From the human T2T-CHM13v2.0 reference genome, Homo sapiens: a DNA stretch of 64,000 nt. The position numbers and the translations under genes were made by a program. Of this stretch, positions 31,578 to 45,010 are shown in pieces; within the stretch, counting starts at the first letter, position 1, and every line of letters begins with the position of its first letter. The notes beneath the pieces were generated by a model that searched no databases, was not told the DNA's origin, and was given only the letters and a program-made list of their open reading frames with translations. Where the stretch lies: the NCBI RefSeq assembly GCF_009914755.1, contig NC_060934.1. One strand, written 5' to 3'.

Positions 31578-32059
31578 CATGTTAGTTTCCTAGAGCTGCT
31601 GTGACAAAGCCCCATGAACTTGGTGACTTGAAGTAACAGAAATATATTATCTCACATAGAATTCCAAAATCAAGATGTTGGCAGGTGGGGGCTATGCTCC
31701 CTGTGAAGCATTTAGGGGAAACCTTCCTTGCCTTTTTCTAGCTTCTGGTGGTTGCTGGTTTAGAAAACATGTCTTAAGCCATCCTTGGCTTGTAGATGTG
31801 TCACTCTAATCCTCCATCTTCTCATGGAGTTCTCCTTATGTGTCTTTACGTAGGATTCCCTGTCTGCCTGTCTGCTTATGAGCCTACATTTCTCCTTATG
31901 AGAACACCAGTCATACTGGATTAGGGCCCACCCTAACACCCTCATTTTAACTTGATTACATCTGCAAAGAATTATTTCCAAGTAAGGTCACATTCTGAGA
32001 TGCTAGAGGCTGGGACTTTAATATATCTTTCTTGAGGGACACAAATTCAACCCATAACA
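31578..32059 (-). mobile_element. MaLR solo LTR, MLT1C-like
   Basis: ttagtttcctagagctgctgtgacaaa, ggattagggcccacccta and terminal aattcaacccataaca; 5-bp TSD atgcc at 31573-31577 and 32060-32064. Confidence 0.9.
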
Positions 32060-33612
32060 ATGCCTGTGACTCTCCTATGATCTCATATTATTCTTTGAAC
32101 AGGCTTTCCGGGTACAGTCTTTTGTTCTTCCTGTGGAATATTCTATTGATTAAATTGCCTCTTTAGTTCTTCAGCTATCAGATGCTTTTCTCTGGCAGGC
32201 CAATGTAATTAGGGAACTAATAACGGAATCAATAAGGAAAAGAGTATGTTCTTTCATATTTTCCAGCTGTTCCAGTGATTCATTTAGTCCTCGCTCTGTG
32301 TTTGTTGCTGCTGAATTTGTGCTTGTTAAAAGATATGTGGCCATGACATACAGTGGAAAGAAGGGAAAGGAGAGGATCTCGATTGGTCTCTGGTAATGTC
32401 CAGGAGGGACATCTTTGCTGGGAGAGGGTATCATGTGGCAGGATATGGAAGAGAACATGGCCTCATTTATGTAACTGTATAAACAAGGAAAGTTTTTAAA
32501 GATGTTTATTGTTTGGAAAACACACTTTATTTTAATGTTGCATGAAACATGTTGAGTTGAAGCCATGCAGGACTGTATAAACATCCTGTGAGCTGATGCA
32601 TTGCCTGTATAAGGAAGGATTCAACACTAACTGTGATAATTTCTGGGACATTGTCCTATTTTTGGAAAATTCAATATTGCTTTATCTAATTCCAGTTTCC
32701 TCATGAAAAAAATAGAACTTTAATTCATGGCCTTTTAAAAGGTAGTTTGAGAGATAAATATACACATGGTAATTAGAAATTTACTGTAACAAAAATATAA
32801 ATAGAATAAAATGTGGGCTTAAGTTACTATTGAAATATAATACATATTTATTGTTCAAACATCTAAAAATGATGGAAACTTCAAAAATATATAAATTACC
32901 CGTAATCTCACAATTCAGAGGCGACCACTGCTAAAATTTTGGCATATTTCCTTCTGATATGTTTCAAGTTTTTGTAATACTTTAACATCGATATCAATAA
33001 ATGCATGTTTTATAACATATTTTTAAATTAATAATGTCATGAGAATTTTAATATCCTTAAATAATCTTCTAAAACTTACTATTAAATGTTGACACATGTG
33101 TTTTATTTCTATTTTAATGTTAGACCTATAATTTTGTAATCACAAAAGTAATATTTATTTATAATAATTTAAAGAAATCTAGAGGACAAAAAGAAGAACA
33201 TACTAATTGCCCACAGTCTTGCCATTGCAGAGATAACTAATATCAATACCAAGGCCTACTTTGCATGGCATTATAATTGCATGCATTTCTGTTTCCACTG
33301 ATCATGGCATTTTTGACCTTTGTAACCTCAGCTCTTAGTTCAGTTCCTAGAGCATAGTAGTTGTTTGATACACTTTTAGTGACTGAATGAATAAGTGATT
33401 AAATGAAGAAGTAGATGTGTAGGTGGAGAGGTTTTCAAGATCCAACTCGTGGTAGAATAAAATATGTTTCAGACTCAGCAACTTACTGCAGATTGAGAGA
33501 CAAGGTAGCTAACTCAAAGCCCTTAATGAATAGGAGCCTGCTCTTTCTGTTCATCTCAATCAGCCTCCAGGAGGATAATTCAATTTAATTTTTTTTCCAT
33601 CAGTCAAACTGA

Positions 33613-34062
<450 letters not shown>

Positions 34063-35201
34063 TGACCCAGCAAGAGCTCTGCCACCACCAGGTCGTCCGT
34101 GATGAAACTGATGATTTCTCTGAGGATGGAGACTCTAACAGTGTCAGTGTGACCCTCATGGTTTTTACCTGGCCTGTTTCAAGTGTTTGCAGCAGAGGAA
34201 GACACAATCATGTTGGGTTTTGTTGAAAGAATTTGGTACTTTGCTATGTTTGGAATCAGGGCTGGCAGATTTTGAACTTTGGGTTATAGAAGGTTCCATC
34301 CAAAGTCTCTTTTATATGTAATTGGAAAACATGTCTTAAGTCTAAGCATCTGTCCCTCAGGTACCTGTCATAGGAAGGAGAGTGATCCATTTTTTAAAAC
34401 CCTACATGAAAAACTTAGTCTTTGCAATAAAATATATGGATATATTCTTCCCAATGGGATGGTCTGGTCCTTAAAAACCTGCTGCTTTTCCCCACCTCTC
34501 AATATAAATATACATACAAGATATAGAAATATCCACAAATAGATGGGCAGAGGGATAGAAGGAGAGACAGGCAGATGGAAGGACAGACAGACAAACAGTG
34601 TCCACCGCTTTTGGCCAACAACAGTCATCATATCCCTTCTTTTTCTTAAAGGTGCTCGTAGAGCTAACCTCGAACACTAGGCCATATTGGCACCTTTGCT
34701 CCTGTTGTCTCAAGGCCTGGCTCAAAACATATTTTTCCAGGAGGTCTCATTGTTTAATTTCTACCCCGGTTAATCTTTCCCATCTGTCAACCTCTAGAGC
34801 TTTAGCCCTTGCCCCAATTTTCCCTTTGACATGGTGTGTCTGTAAGTGTATATGAAGATCAGGGAGAAGCTACTCTGTTTGCTTCCTAAACAATTGAATG
34901 GGTTTTGTGTACTATGTAATTTAGTGGTTGTAGAGCTTTGTAGTGTTTTATTCACCAGGTTGGTGAATAAAGAAAGTGACTAGAGGGTGGTAAGATATTT
35001 CTTGCATGCATAATTGAACATATATTGTAGTTAGTACTTACTCATGTACTGAGAGCCCAGTTTAGATAAATACTGTGAGAGTTAGTGTAAAGTCAGTGTG
35101 GTATAGCAGAAACTTGTGATCAGCCAAATCATGTATATATTTTCTGTATAGTTGATGTAGTCACTATGCAGCACCAAGCATCAGTACCTTCATCTATAAA
35201 A

Positions 35202-35352
35202 TGAATATGCTAAATATATATATTTAGCATATATAAATATATATATTTGTATATATATTTAGCATATTCATTTTATATACATTTTTAGCATATATATAAG
35301 AAATATATAAATATATATGTATGTATGTATATATATTTATATATATATATAA
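35202..35352. repeat. Degenerate (TA)n low-complexity tract
   Basis: Read directly from the sequence. Confidence 0.85.
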
Positions 35353-35651
35353 AATGGGTTCAAGATCTTTTATTTTCAGAGCTTGCAACAGTTGGTTAGC
35401 AATGCTAGCTAAGCTGATATAATCTGAAGGCCATCCAACCTTTCTCTTTAGGCACTCAACCAGCAGAATCTCTTTCTTGCAAACAGGATCATAGACCAAT
35501 TGGGATCTGTCTCCATGTGTGTGTGGGAAGAGGTCCTCTTCCCCACACTTTTCCCAACAAATTGTTTTATAACCAAATGCAACTCAAACCTATAACACAG
35601 CTAGTAGTCAGCTGTATATACCTGACAACATTACAGGCTATTTTGAGGATT

Positions 35652-35793
35652 AAAAAAAAAATATATATATATATACACACACATATATATAACTATATAT
35701 ATACATATAACTATATGTACATATATAACTATATATACATATATACCTACATACATACATGTTTAATTATATGTGTGTATATATACATATATA
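35652..35793. repeat. Degenerate (TA)n tract with a repeated atataactatat unit
   Basis: Read directly from the sequence. Confidence 0.85.
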
Positions 35794-37482
35794 AAACTGT
35801 CTCTACTAGACAAAAATAGTTTTATGGCTCCGTTGTTCAATAAATATTTGCTGAATTAAATTGAAATGAGTCAAAACTTTTCTGAGCCCCACAAAACTTT
35901 TTTGAGATTACCGGAAGTTTATACAAAAAATTATTTCTGTATGAGTTGTAACATTATCGACTTAGAACTTTCCAGATGGCGAAGTTATCCAACTGTGGTG
36001 TGCTGGGAAGAACAGCCCTATAGGAGAGCAGATATTGGGGATGTGATCACAGGAATATACTTCATGTGGTCCAATTTCTATAAACTTGATAGCCACTCTG
36101 GCTTCCTCAATGCTCCCATCTGTAAAAGTTTTTGGGAAAAACATAAGGATGGTGGAATTCTCATGATAAACTTGGGTCATGATTCCATGGAAGGAGACTT
36201 GAGCCAGGCATCAGAAAACTCAAATCCTAGTTTCTTTGACCAAGACTTATCTTCTCCAAGATTAAGTTTTGTTAATTGTGAAATAGGAGGTTTATGTTCT
36301 CACCTGTTAGAGGTGTTTATGTTCTCACATGGCATTGTAAAACTACTGATGCACAAAGGTGACTAAGGCATGATCCCTGCCCCCTTATGACTCATAGTCT
36401 AGCAGGGTAGAGACATGCCAACCAGCAATGGATTACTATGAACAGCTTCTTAGAGGCAGGCAGTGAATACAGTGGTGGCACCGTGGAAGCTTAGTAACTA
36501 ACTCTGCCTGGGCAGATTGCAGAATGCTTAAGAGCAGGGATTTAAGTTAGTAATAACTGTCCTACCTTCCTTTCAGGATTGTTGTAAGGCTTAAATGTAT
36601 ATGAAAGAACAACATGGTAGAATTATTATTATTATCATTATTATTATTATTCCATTGGCAGTTAGAATCAGATGTTTTACTTCTAGACTTTCAGTTGAAA
36701 ATATACCCAATACTCCTAGTTAGTCACTTATAGGGATGCTGGCTTATCCCTAAGGTGTTATAAAGGGGTCAGACTCTACATTCAAAAAGTAAGTGAACAT
36801 GGAATAATAAGAAGAGTGGCCTAGCCATCTTGCAAAAACATAGGAGTGTGAATGAGCCTGGTCTTTTTGGTGACAATGAAGAGCTCCATTTCATTTAGAT
36901 GATCTATAGAGCAGTAAGAAATGAAAGTAAAAGCATGATATTTTGCATGTAATATTGGCTCATATATCAGCTGATGAGCATTTTTATATGTAGTCTTATT
37001 TTTCCTGGGAGCACAGAATCTGCCTCTTCTTGTCTACATGACAATGGAGACAGTGATGGCCATCAGAAGTGTATTTATACTCTCCTCAAAAGTATCAGTT
37101 GATTGGATGTATATTGAGAACCCACGTAATGCTAGAAGATACCATGATAAGCAGTCATATTCCTACCTTTTTATCTGGATAAAATAAATGCCTACTTGGG
37201 TGTGTTGGGCACTCTGGTGTTGGGATGCTGCAGGGAAAACATCTGTATTCATGCCCAGCAGTGGTTCCTTGAGACTTACATTCTCACTTCATTGTTTTGC
37301 AGCTCTACAGCTCCATGGACTTTGGAAGACGGTGGCAACTCATGCATGAACGCATCACACCCAACAGGTTTTATTGGTAAGCCCTATCCACACACTCATT
37401 ACTTCTTAGATAAAGAATTATCAAACAGCGTAGCACTCTAGACAGCTCTGGACAGTTGCAGTTCTTGCAGACAAATGTGTTC

Positions 37483-37649
37483 CAGTCCTTTGCTACACAG
37501 AGTGGTTTGTAGAATAGCAGCATCAGCATCACCTGGGGACTTGTTAGAAATGCAGAATCTCAGGCCCTATTAAGACTTACGAAACTGGGATTTGCATTTA
37601 ACATGATCCTTTGCTGACTCATGTGCACATGAAAGTTTGAGAGGCACTG
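37483..37649. mobile_element. MER5A-like hAT MITE
   Basis: cagcagcatcagcatcacctggg-type core, cttgttagaaatgcagaatctcaggccc and aaagtttgagaggcactg. Confidence 0.88.
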
Positions 37650-38334
37650 GGCTTAAAGAGCTCTGTGAGAAGGGTCATGATCAGGTGCTCTTTGCTATGT
37701 ACTAACCCCCTCTTTTTGGAAAAGTGCATATATTTTATGTACATATTCTAAAAAGCAGTATTTTCCCAAAATGTACTCTGGAGAACAGCAGTTCCACAAA
37801 ATGCTTCTTCTTTCATAAGAGTTTCTGTGGTCAAATAAATTCAGGTTATGATAATTCAATTTTATACTCCTGGAAACTCAGGATTCATGTTATGATATTA
37901 AAGACTCTGGAGAAGTGCTGAATGAAGAATTCTGCCAAACTTGAAGTCACTGATTCCCAAACTTATTTCACTACAGAATCCTTTTCTCATGTCACATGTG
38001 ATAAATCCTTCAGAACTACCTCTGTAGGGCATATTTTGAAAAACCTTTTATGGGAATGAATACATGTTTCAAATGGAATATAAGCCCTTCCTCCTAATCA
38101 GGAAGTGTTTTATTAATTAGTATTCCTTTATGCATGCATACTATTTTTATCTTGGTTGTAACAAGTTTTGTACAAATTTGCCTTTTACACTTGCTTGCTA
38201 TAACATGAAAATGATTCTTACTTTTATCTTGCTTTCATTTTAGCAGAAGTGATGGCTAAAGGAAGGGAGATTAAGAGGCATACACCAAAGTATATAGCAT
38301 GCTTAATTATATGCTTAATGAAAAAAAAAGATTT

Positions 38335-38664
38335 GGTTAGGCACAGTGGCTCATGTCTGTAATCTCAGTACTTTGAGAGGCTGAGGTGGGAGGATTGCTT
38401 GAGGCCAGGAGTTCAAGACCAGCCTGGTCATTATAGTGATACCCTGTCTCTACAAATAAATAAAAAATGAGCTGGCCATCAGTGTCATGCCCCTGTAGTC
38501 CCAGCTACTCAGGAGGCTGAGATGCAGTGATCACTTGAGCTCAGGAGTTCAAGGCTGCAGTGTACTCTAGCTTGGGTGACAGAGAATAGGCTACTGCCAT
38601 CATAGAGATTAGGCCACCGTACTCTAGCTTGGGTGACAGAGCGAGACTCTGTCTCAAAAAAAAA
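38335..38664 (+). mobile_element. AluJ with an internal duplication/insertion
   Basis: J diagnostics (ggaggattgcttgaggccaggagttcaagacc, aaggctgcagtg); extra sequence in the right arm. Confidence 0.93.
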
Positions 38665-39269
38665 TTTTTGTTAGAAGTTGTACTCATTCCGTATCTCTTA
38701 TAAATATCTTATGAACACTCCCTTAAAAACTCATGTGATAGCCGTTTATGCCTTACACAACTTAGGGATGTGCTGTGTGTGTGTTGAAGATGGTGGTAAC
38801 AAATACCTTGTACATACACACATTCATACCAACATCTTTGGAAGCAATGGCTTCAACCCATTCCGTCTGCATCCACAAAACTATGTTTAGATTTTAAATG
38901 AAGATTGCCTAAGCATTCTATGAAAAATCAACTGTTTTTTTTTTTGTTTTGTTGTTTTGTGTTGTTTTGTTCTTTGTACATGGTTCGGAGTAGTTGTGAG
39001 AGAAAAGGGAGTTGGCAGTATTGCTCTTGACTCAACACCTGGACTATCTCCAGCATGTTTGCCCCTTACAGGCCTACTATTATTTCATCTGTAGCTGTTA
39101 TTCCAACTATTATTTTGCCTGTATTTGGAACTATGGAGGTTTTTCAATAGACTGAGGCAGAAAAAGGAAATATTTGTTTTTCTGCTATTTCACTTATAGA
39201 ACTACAGCCTTTACTGAGCTGAGATAGTCCAGTTTCTCAGTATGCCACCACTCAGAAGTCCAGAATTCG

Positions 39270-39314
39270 AAAAAAAAAAAAAAAGAAAGAAAGAAAGAAA
39301 GAAAGCGAAAGAAA
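39270..39314. repeat. Poly(A)/(GAAA)n tract
   Basis: Read directly from the sequence. Confidence 0.9.
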
Positions 39315-42165
39315 GAGCCCTCTGCTGTTTCTGGAACAAACTCTTGAGATGATAAGGCAGTTGGCCAACTAGAAAGTCAGGTTAGTAGAGGAGGAAAGCA
39401 CACTGGGCTAGATGAACCATGCCACTGTGTCTGAATGAAATTAAGTGCCTAAGAAGCAACATTTTCCTATATTTTGCAAAGAGCAAGAGGAGAAGGTTCT
39501 AGCTTCTGTCATCCACCCTCTTCCTTTATGCAGTAAAAAAGAACGAGTCCCTAGGTCCTGATAATTGTGTTTTGTCTCTTCTCCACTCTGTGCTTCTTCA
39601 TATATGCTCCCAAGGGGAAATATAACAGTTTATGCCTGTGCTGAATAGTCAAGTGGTAGTTTTGAATATTCAATTTTTGTAATTATCACTTCTCCATTTC
39701 TGATATATAATTACCGCGATTATTCTTTTAGGTGTCGTGTGAGTCATGGCAAAAGAGCTTATTTTACATAGACATTTTTTTTTAATCCAAAGACAGAATT
39801 CAGGGTTTTCTAAAGCTCTAAACCGCTTATATTGAAGATATATGTTTTGTATAGGTTAGGGATGTAAATATTAACTTGTTATCTCCTTGAGAAAAGACAA
39901 AATATGCATTTCTCTGGGTATAGAACAAACCTTGGCTTAAGTGGGACCTCTTTAACCTATGGTTCCCTCATCCATCTAATGGGAACAGTATTTTTGTTGT
40001 CAATTTCATAAGGTTATTGAAAGGAGCAGATGTATCAAGTGGACACTTGGCTATTTCACTTCTCCATTGATTTAAGTACTATGTTTATTACTAGTACTCA
40101 AGAACATGTCACATAAGTGAATTGTCATTTTGCTGGGCACAAATGTGAATCTCGTGTACGGTAAGGCTGGTGCCCATGGGCATGTGATAACAACTGAATG
40201 GGTCTGATTTATTGCCAAGAATCCACATCTCAGCTGAACATTATTGTTCTCTACTTTTTGTTGAGTCATAATTCTTATAATTCTTATGAAGTGATCAACC
40301 AAAGCAAAACAATAACATGCATGAAAATGATTTCTTTGGGAGAGAGGGTGTAGAGGGAAGAGGTATTGAGGGTGGTTGGGGAACGCTGAGTGGAAAGCAG
40401 GCATGGTAAAAACAAGACATTGAAATGAGAGACGATGTTAAAAAGACTTTTAACTTGTGGTATGTAGACAAATAGAGTGAACATGGGATTCAGAAGAAAT
40501 ATTACAAATAACAATATTTGATTGTTGTGATTCATAGCTTTGCTCCTGTGACCCTGCGCAAATATTGTTATTTATAAGCTGCACATTTGCAAGTGTCTAA
40601 AGGATAGATCCTTCATGAGTGTCCGGTTTCTTCTCCCATGCTACTCGCAGTTGTTGGCAAGTAGCAGCTTAGAGGGGGATTTGTGCAGAAGGACACTGTG
40701 CTCCAGAAGTGATTTCTGACGAGGACACAGCAGAAAGAACGAACCCCGTGCATGTCTCTCGTCTGTTCCGTCATCTACAGTGATGATTGTTGTAATGGTT
40801 GTTAGAATACATTGGAAATTGTAAGGAGTTATCATTATTATCCGCTTCTTCATTAGTGCCCCACCCTTCTTGTGGGTTAGGCAGAGCACGGAACATAATA
40901 TTCATTAGCATCAATACTAAGAGCTTCACCTGGAAATATTTTTATGAATTCTGGATGTTCTAATCCAATCAAGATAGGTCACCTAGGAATCTTACACCGT
41001 GGAGTGACTCAGCCATCAATCTCAGGCTACAAGAAGAAAGACAACTGACATGAACATTCCTTGTTTATATGTGACCCTTCCACTCACTTGATACCTGGTC
41101 ACCAGGTAATCACCAGGGCTGTCTAATGCTTCCCCCACTTTTTTAACCTCAGCTGCTTCCGAAATTGTAATTTGCATGGAGAGCAGATAAATGGAGTAAG
41201 TGTCCTTAACATATTCCCTTCATTCTTCCTAGGCTCTGCTATGGCAGAGTTGTTGTCATGGGGGAAAAGCTTTTCTGTTTTTTTTAATATTTAAAAAAAT
41301 ATATCCTACTGAGCTACAAATGAATAGTATTCCACTCTTCCCTTGGGGGATATTTAACAGGCAGGCATATTCTGCAGTGGGAAGATTTTTTTTTTCCTTT
41401 GCACATCCAATGTGAATACTTGTTGTGATTCACAGCTTTGCTCCTGTGACTCTGCACTCTCCTAACATGCTCAGCCTCTTTGGGCATCTTTTCCAATGAA
41501 GTCACAGGTGTGCTAGGCCTTCCAGAATTCTCTGTGTAACTAGAATGACCTCAAAGTGCCTCTGGTCTCTGATGGCATTCACTTGTATGGTATCCTAAAA
41601 CACGGAAGGAATGTCTCCAATGCGTCCTCTTTACTGATTTCCCTCCTCCGCTCCTTAATTATTCTTTCTCTTGAAAGAATTAGGTCCCTTTTTTGTCCCT
41701 CTTCTTTATCATTGCTGCAGGAAATTGTGCTGATAAAGTAATGTACTCTAAGGTATCAGGAACTTCAATTCTTACCCCTTTTCTGAGATATTTGGATTGC
41801 AACATGGACTGGCTTGAGCATTAGGAAACCTTTAAGAAGACAACAGACATACTATAAGTTCTATATCAGGCCATGTTAGGCAATGCAGGGAATGTGTATC
41901 TTGAAGACTGCTGTATCTGCTATGATGCCTGGTTTAGGATGAAAAGTGGCTGGTGTGTAAAGGTAGGTAGGTTGGGCTGTAGGTCTTTATTGTACTTTGC
42001 TTAAGGCCGGCTTACACACTATGGGTTTCTAGTGGTGTTTGTGCCAGCAGCTTCTCATCTGGTTTTTCAGAAAGGCCATGAGGGAAGGGAGGAAGAATGG
42101 AAAAACAAAGTGTGTCCCTCCTGGTGTGTGTAGACAAGAGGTCCTAGGGAAATGCCCTTTAAAAG

Positions 42166-42941
42166 AGACACATGAAAAAATGCTCATCATCACTGGCCAT
42201 CAGAGAAATGCAAATCAAAACCACAATGAGATACCATCTCACACCAGTTAGAATGGCGATCATGAAAAAGTCAGGAAACAACAGGTGCTAGAGAGGATGT
42301 GGAGAAATAGGAACACTTTTACACTGTTGGTGGGACTGTAAACTAGTTCAACCATTGTGGAAGTCAGTGTGGCGATTCCTCAGGGATCTAGAACTAGAAA
42401 TACCATTTGACCCAGCAATCCCATTACTGGGTATATACCCAAAGGATTATAAATCATGCTGCTATAAAGACACATGCACATGTGTGTTTATTGCGGCACT
42501 ATTCACAATAGCAAAGACTTGGAACCAACCCAAATGTCCAACAATGATAGACTGGATTAAGAAAATGTGGCACATATACACCATGGAATACTATGCAGCC
42601 ATAAAAAATGATGAATTCATGTCCTTTGTAGGGACATGGATGAAGCTGGAAACCATCATTCTCAGCAAACTATCGCAAGGACAAAAAAACCAAACACCGC
42701 ATGTTCTCACTCACAGGTGGGAATTGAACAATGAGAACACATGGACACAGGAAGGGGAACATCACACACTGGGGCCTGTTGTGGGGTGGGGGGAGGGGGG
42801 AGGGATAGCATTAGGAGATATACCTAATGTTAAATGACGAGTTAATGGGTGCAGCACACCAACATGGCACATGTATACATATGTAACTAACCTGCATGTT
42901 GTGCACATGTACCCTAAAACTTAAAGTATAATTAAAAAAAA
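42166..42941 (+). mobile_element. 5'-truncated young L1 (L1PA4/5-like): ORF2 C-terminus, 3' UTR and poly(A)
   Basis: ORF 42355 translates to near-canonical L1 ORF2 (WRFLRDLELEIPFDPAIPLLGIYPKDYKSCCYKDTCT..WMKLETIILSKL); G-rich 3' UTR; aaaagaga on both flanks. Confidence 0.98.
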
Positions 42942-43887
42942 GAGAAAGTGGTGATAATGAAAAAGAAGACAGACTAAAAACCGTTTCAAGACAGTCTTTC
43001 CTTTCCAATCTTTCATGTTCTTAGTTTTCCAAGTCTCTTTTTGTATGCATATGTTCTTTTATATGTAGCCTAAATATATACATGTGAGTGTGTATAATCT
43101 GCCTTTCTCTTCTTAATGTTCTATCCTTACAATTTTTGTGTCATTATAAAATCTTTATAACCATTTTTAATTTGTGCAATATCTTATTACACAAAGATAC
43201 ATGCTTTATTCTGTTTTATTTTTTATCAGACATTGAAAATTTTCACATTTTTGATGATCATAAGTAATGGTTTTATTGACATTTGTATGCATAGGTCTTT
43301 AACATCAAGAATTATTTTCTTGGACCAGTGTTTTAGGTAGCCCAAGTAAAGACTTGACTGCATTTTTTTGCAGTGTCACATTTCAATAATAAGACCCCAA
43401 TTCAACACTAAAAGTATTTCAGCAAAGTAGCTTTTTACTGAACCTTTTCTTGAAGAGGGTTACAAAGAAGCATTACATCAGCCAACACACGAGTCTTCCT
43501 AAAACTCCTCTGTTCATATCTGTCCTGACCATCATGGGAGTTACTTTCTCATCCTCTCCTTCCCTTTCATGGACTCTAAAGCTATTCTGTCAGTGATTTA
43601 TTGTCCACAGTCCATCCCCTTCCAGAACTCCCCTTACACCCACACACTTCTCCCCAAGTATCATAGCTTTTCTTATGTAAAACAATCTACCCTCTCTCCT
43701 TAACCCTCCATCTATCACCCTCACCCATCCCAGAAATTAAATGTAATATCCCTTAGGTGCACATTCCTTACAACATGGAGGAGGGAGAATTGGTAATAGT
43801 TAGGGTTTAATATTAGTTAAGGTTTAGTATTTTTGGTTTAATCACTACTATAAGAAGAAGTTTATCATATCAAAATATACACATTTT

Positions 43888-44230
43888 GAAGAATAAAATC
43901 ATGTCCTTTGCAGCAAAATGGATGGAGCTAGAGGCCATAATTCTAAGTGAATTAACATAGGAACAGAAGACCAAATAGCACATGTTCTCACTTATAAGCA
44001 GGAGCTAAACCTTGGATATGGACATAAAGGTGGGAACAATAGACACTGGAGACTACCAGAAGGGTGCGAGGAGGGCAAGGGCTGAATAACTACCTATTGG
44101 GTACTATGCTTACTACCTGGGTTACAGGTTCAGTCGTATCTCAAATTTCAACGTCACACAATATACGTTTGTAGGAAACCTGCACATGTACCCATTGATT
44201 CTAAAGTAAAAGTTGACATTAAAAATAAAT
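43888..44230 (+). mobile_element. L1PB/L1MA-like 3' fragment
   Basis: aatcatgtcctttgcagc..atggatggagctagaggccat, catgttctcacttataag and aacctgcacatgtaccc. Confidence 0.92.
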
Positions 44231-44246
44231 AGAACACTAGAAAAAC

Positions 44247-44279
44247 TATATATGTGTATATGTGTATGTGTATATATAT

Positions 44280-44310
<31 letters not shown>
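44247..44310. repeat. Compound (TA)/(TG)/(CA)n microsatellite
   Basis: Read directly from the sequence. Confidence 0.93.
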
Positions 44311-44427
44311 TTTTGAACATCTTAAAACCTGTCATTCAAAATATTACCCAAACTGTGTTCTGTTGTATATTCCCACCTGTAACATATGGCAGTATCAGTC
44401 TATTTAGTTAATATTTACTTCTTCCTT

Positions 44428-45010
44428 TTGGGAGACAGCCTCCAAGTGGGCTCCACTGATCTCTGCCTTCTGGAAATCCTGCCAGTCTATGGTGTTCTCT
44501 TCTTGAGTATAGACTGGATTAGTGGCTTGCTTCTAGTGAATGGAATATGGCAGAGGTAACGAGCTTTTTTGGGGAGTAGGTTACCAAAAGACAATGTTTT
44601 CATCTTGGGTGCATTCTCATGCTTACTTGCTCAAAGCAAGCTACCATGTTGTTAGCTGCCTTATTGAGAGCCCCATGTGTCAAGGAATGGAGGGAGATCT
44701 CCAGCCAAAAGCCAATGAGAAACTAATGGCCTGACAGCTTAGTTCTAATGCAGAAATGAATCCTATCAGCAGTCACATGAGTGAGTTCAAAAGCAGATCC
44801 TTCTCCAGTCAAGCCTTCATATGAGACTTCAGCCCTGGCAAACACTTTGATAGAAGCCTTGTAAGAGACCTCCTCAGGCAGAGGCACCTAGCTGAGTTGT
44901 GCCTGGATTCCTGACCAACAGAAACAGTGAGACAATACGTATTTGTTGTTTTTAGCTCCTAAGTTTTGTAGTAATCTGTTACACAGAATTATTAAGAGAT
45001 AACCAATATG
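44428..45010 (+). mobile_element. MaLR solo LTR (MLT1E/F-like)
   Basis: cagcctccaagtgggctcc, gagccccatgtgtcaaggaa, gaggcacctagctgag..tgcctggattcctgacc and ctaagttttgtagtaatctgttaca. Confidence 0.8.

Noticed and set aside
35866-36366. Longest ORF in the track (166 aa)
   Set aside because: No recognisable domain; it appears to overlap MIR-like fragments and its composition resembles translated non-coding DNA.
42355-42837. 160-aa ORF as a gene
   Set aside because: It is the L1 ORF2 C-terminus in a 5'-truncated copy, running by frameshift into the 3' UTR.
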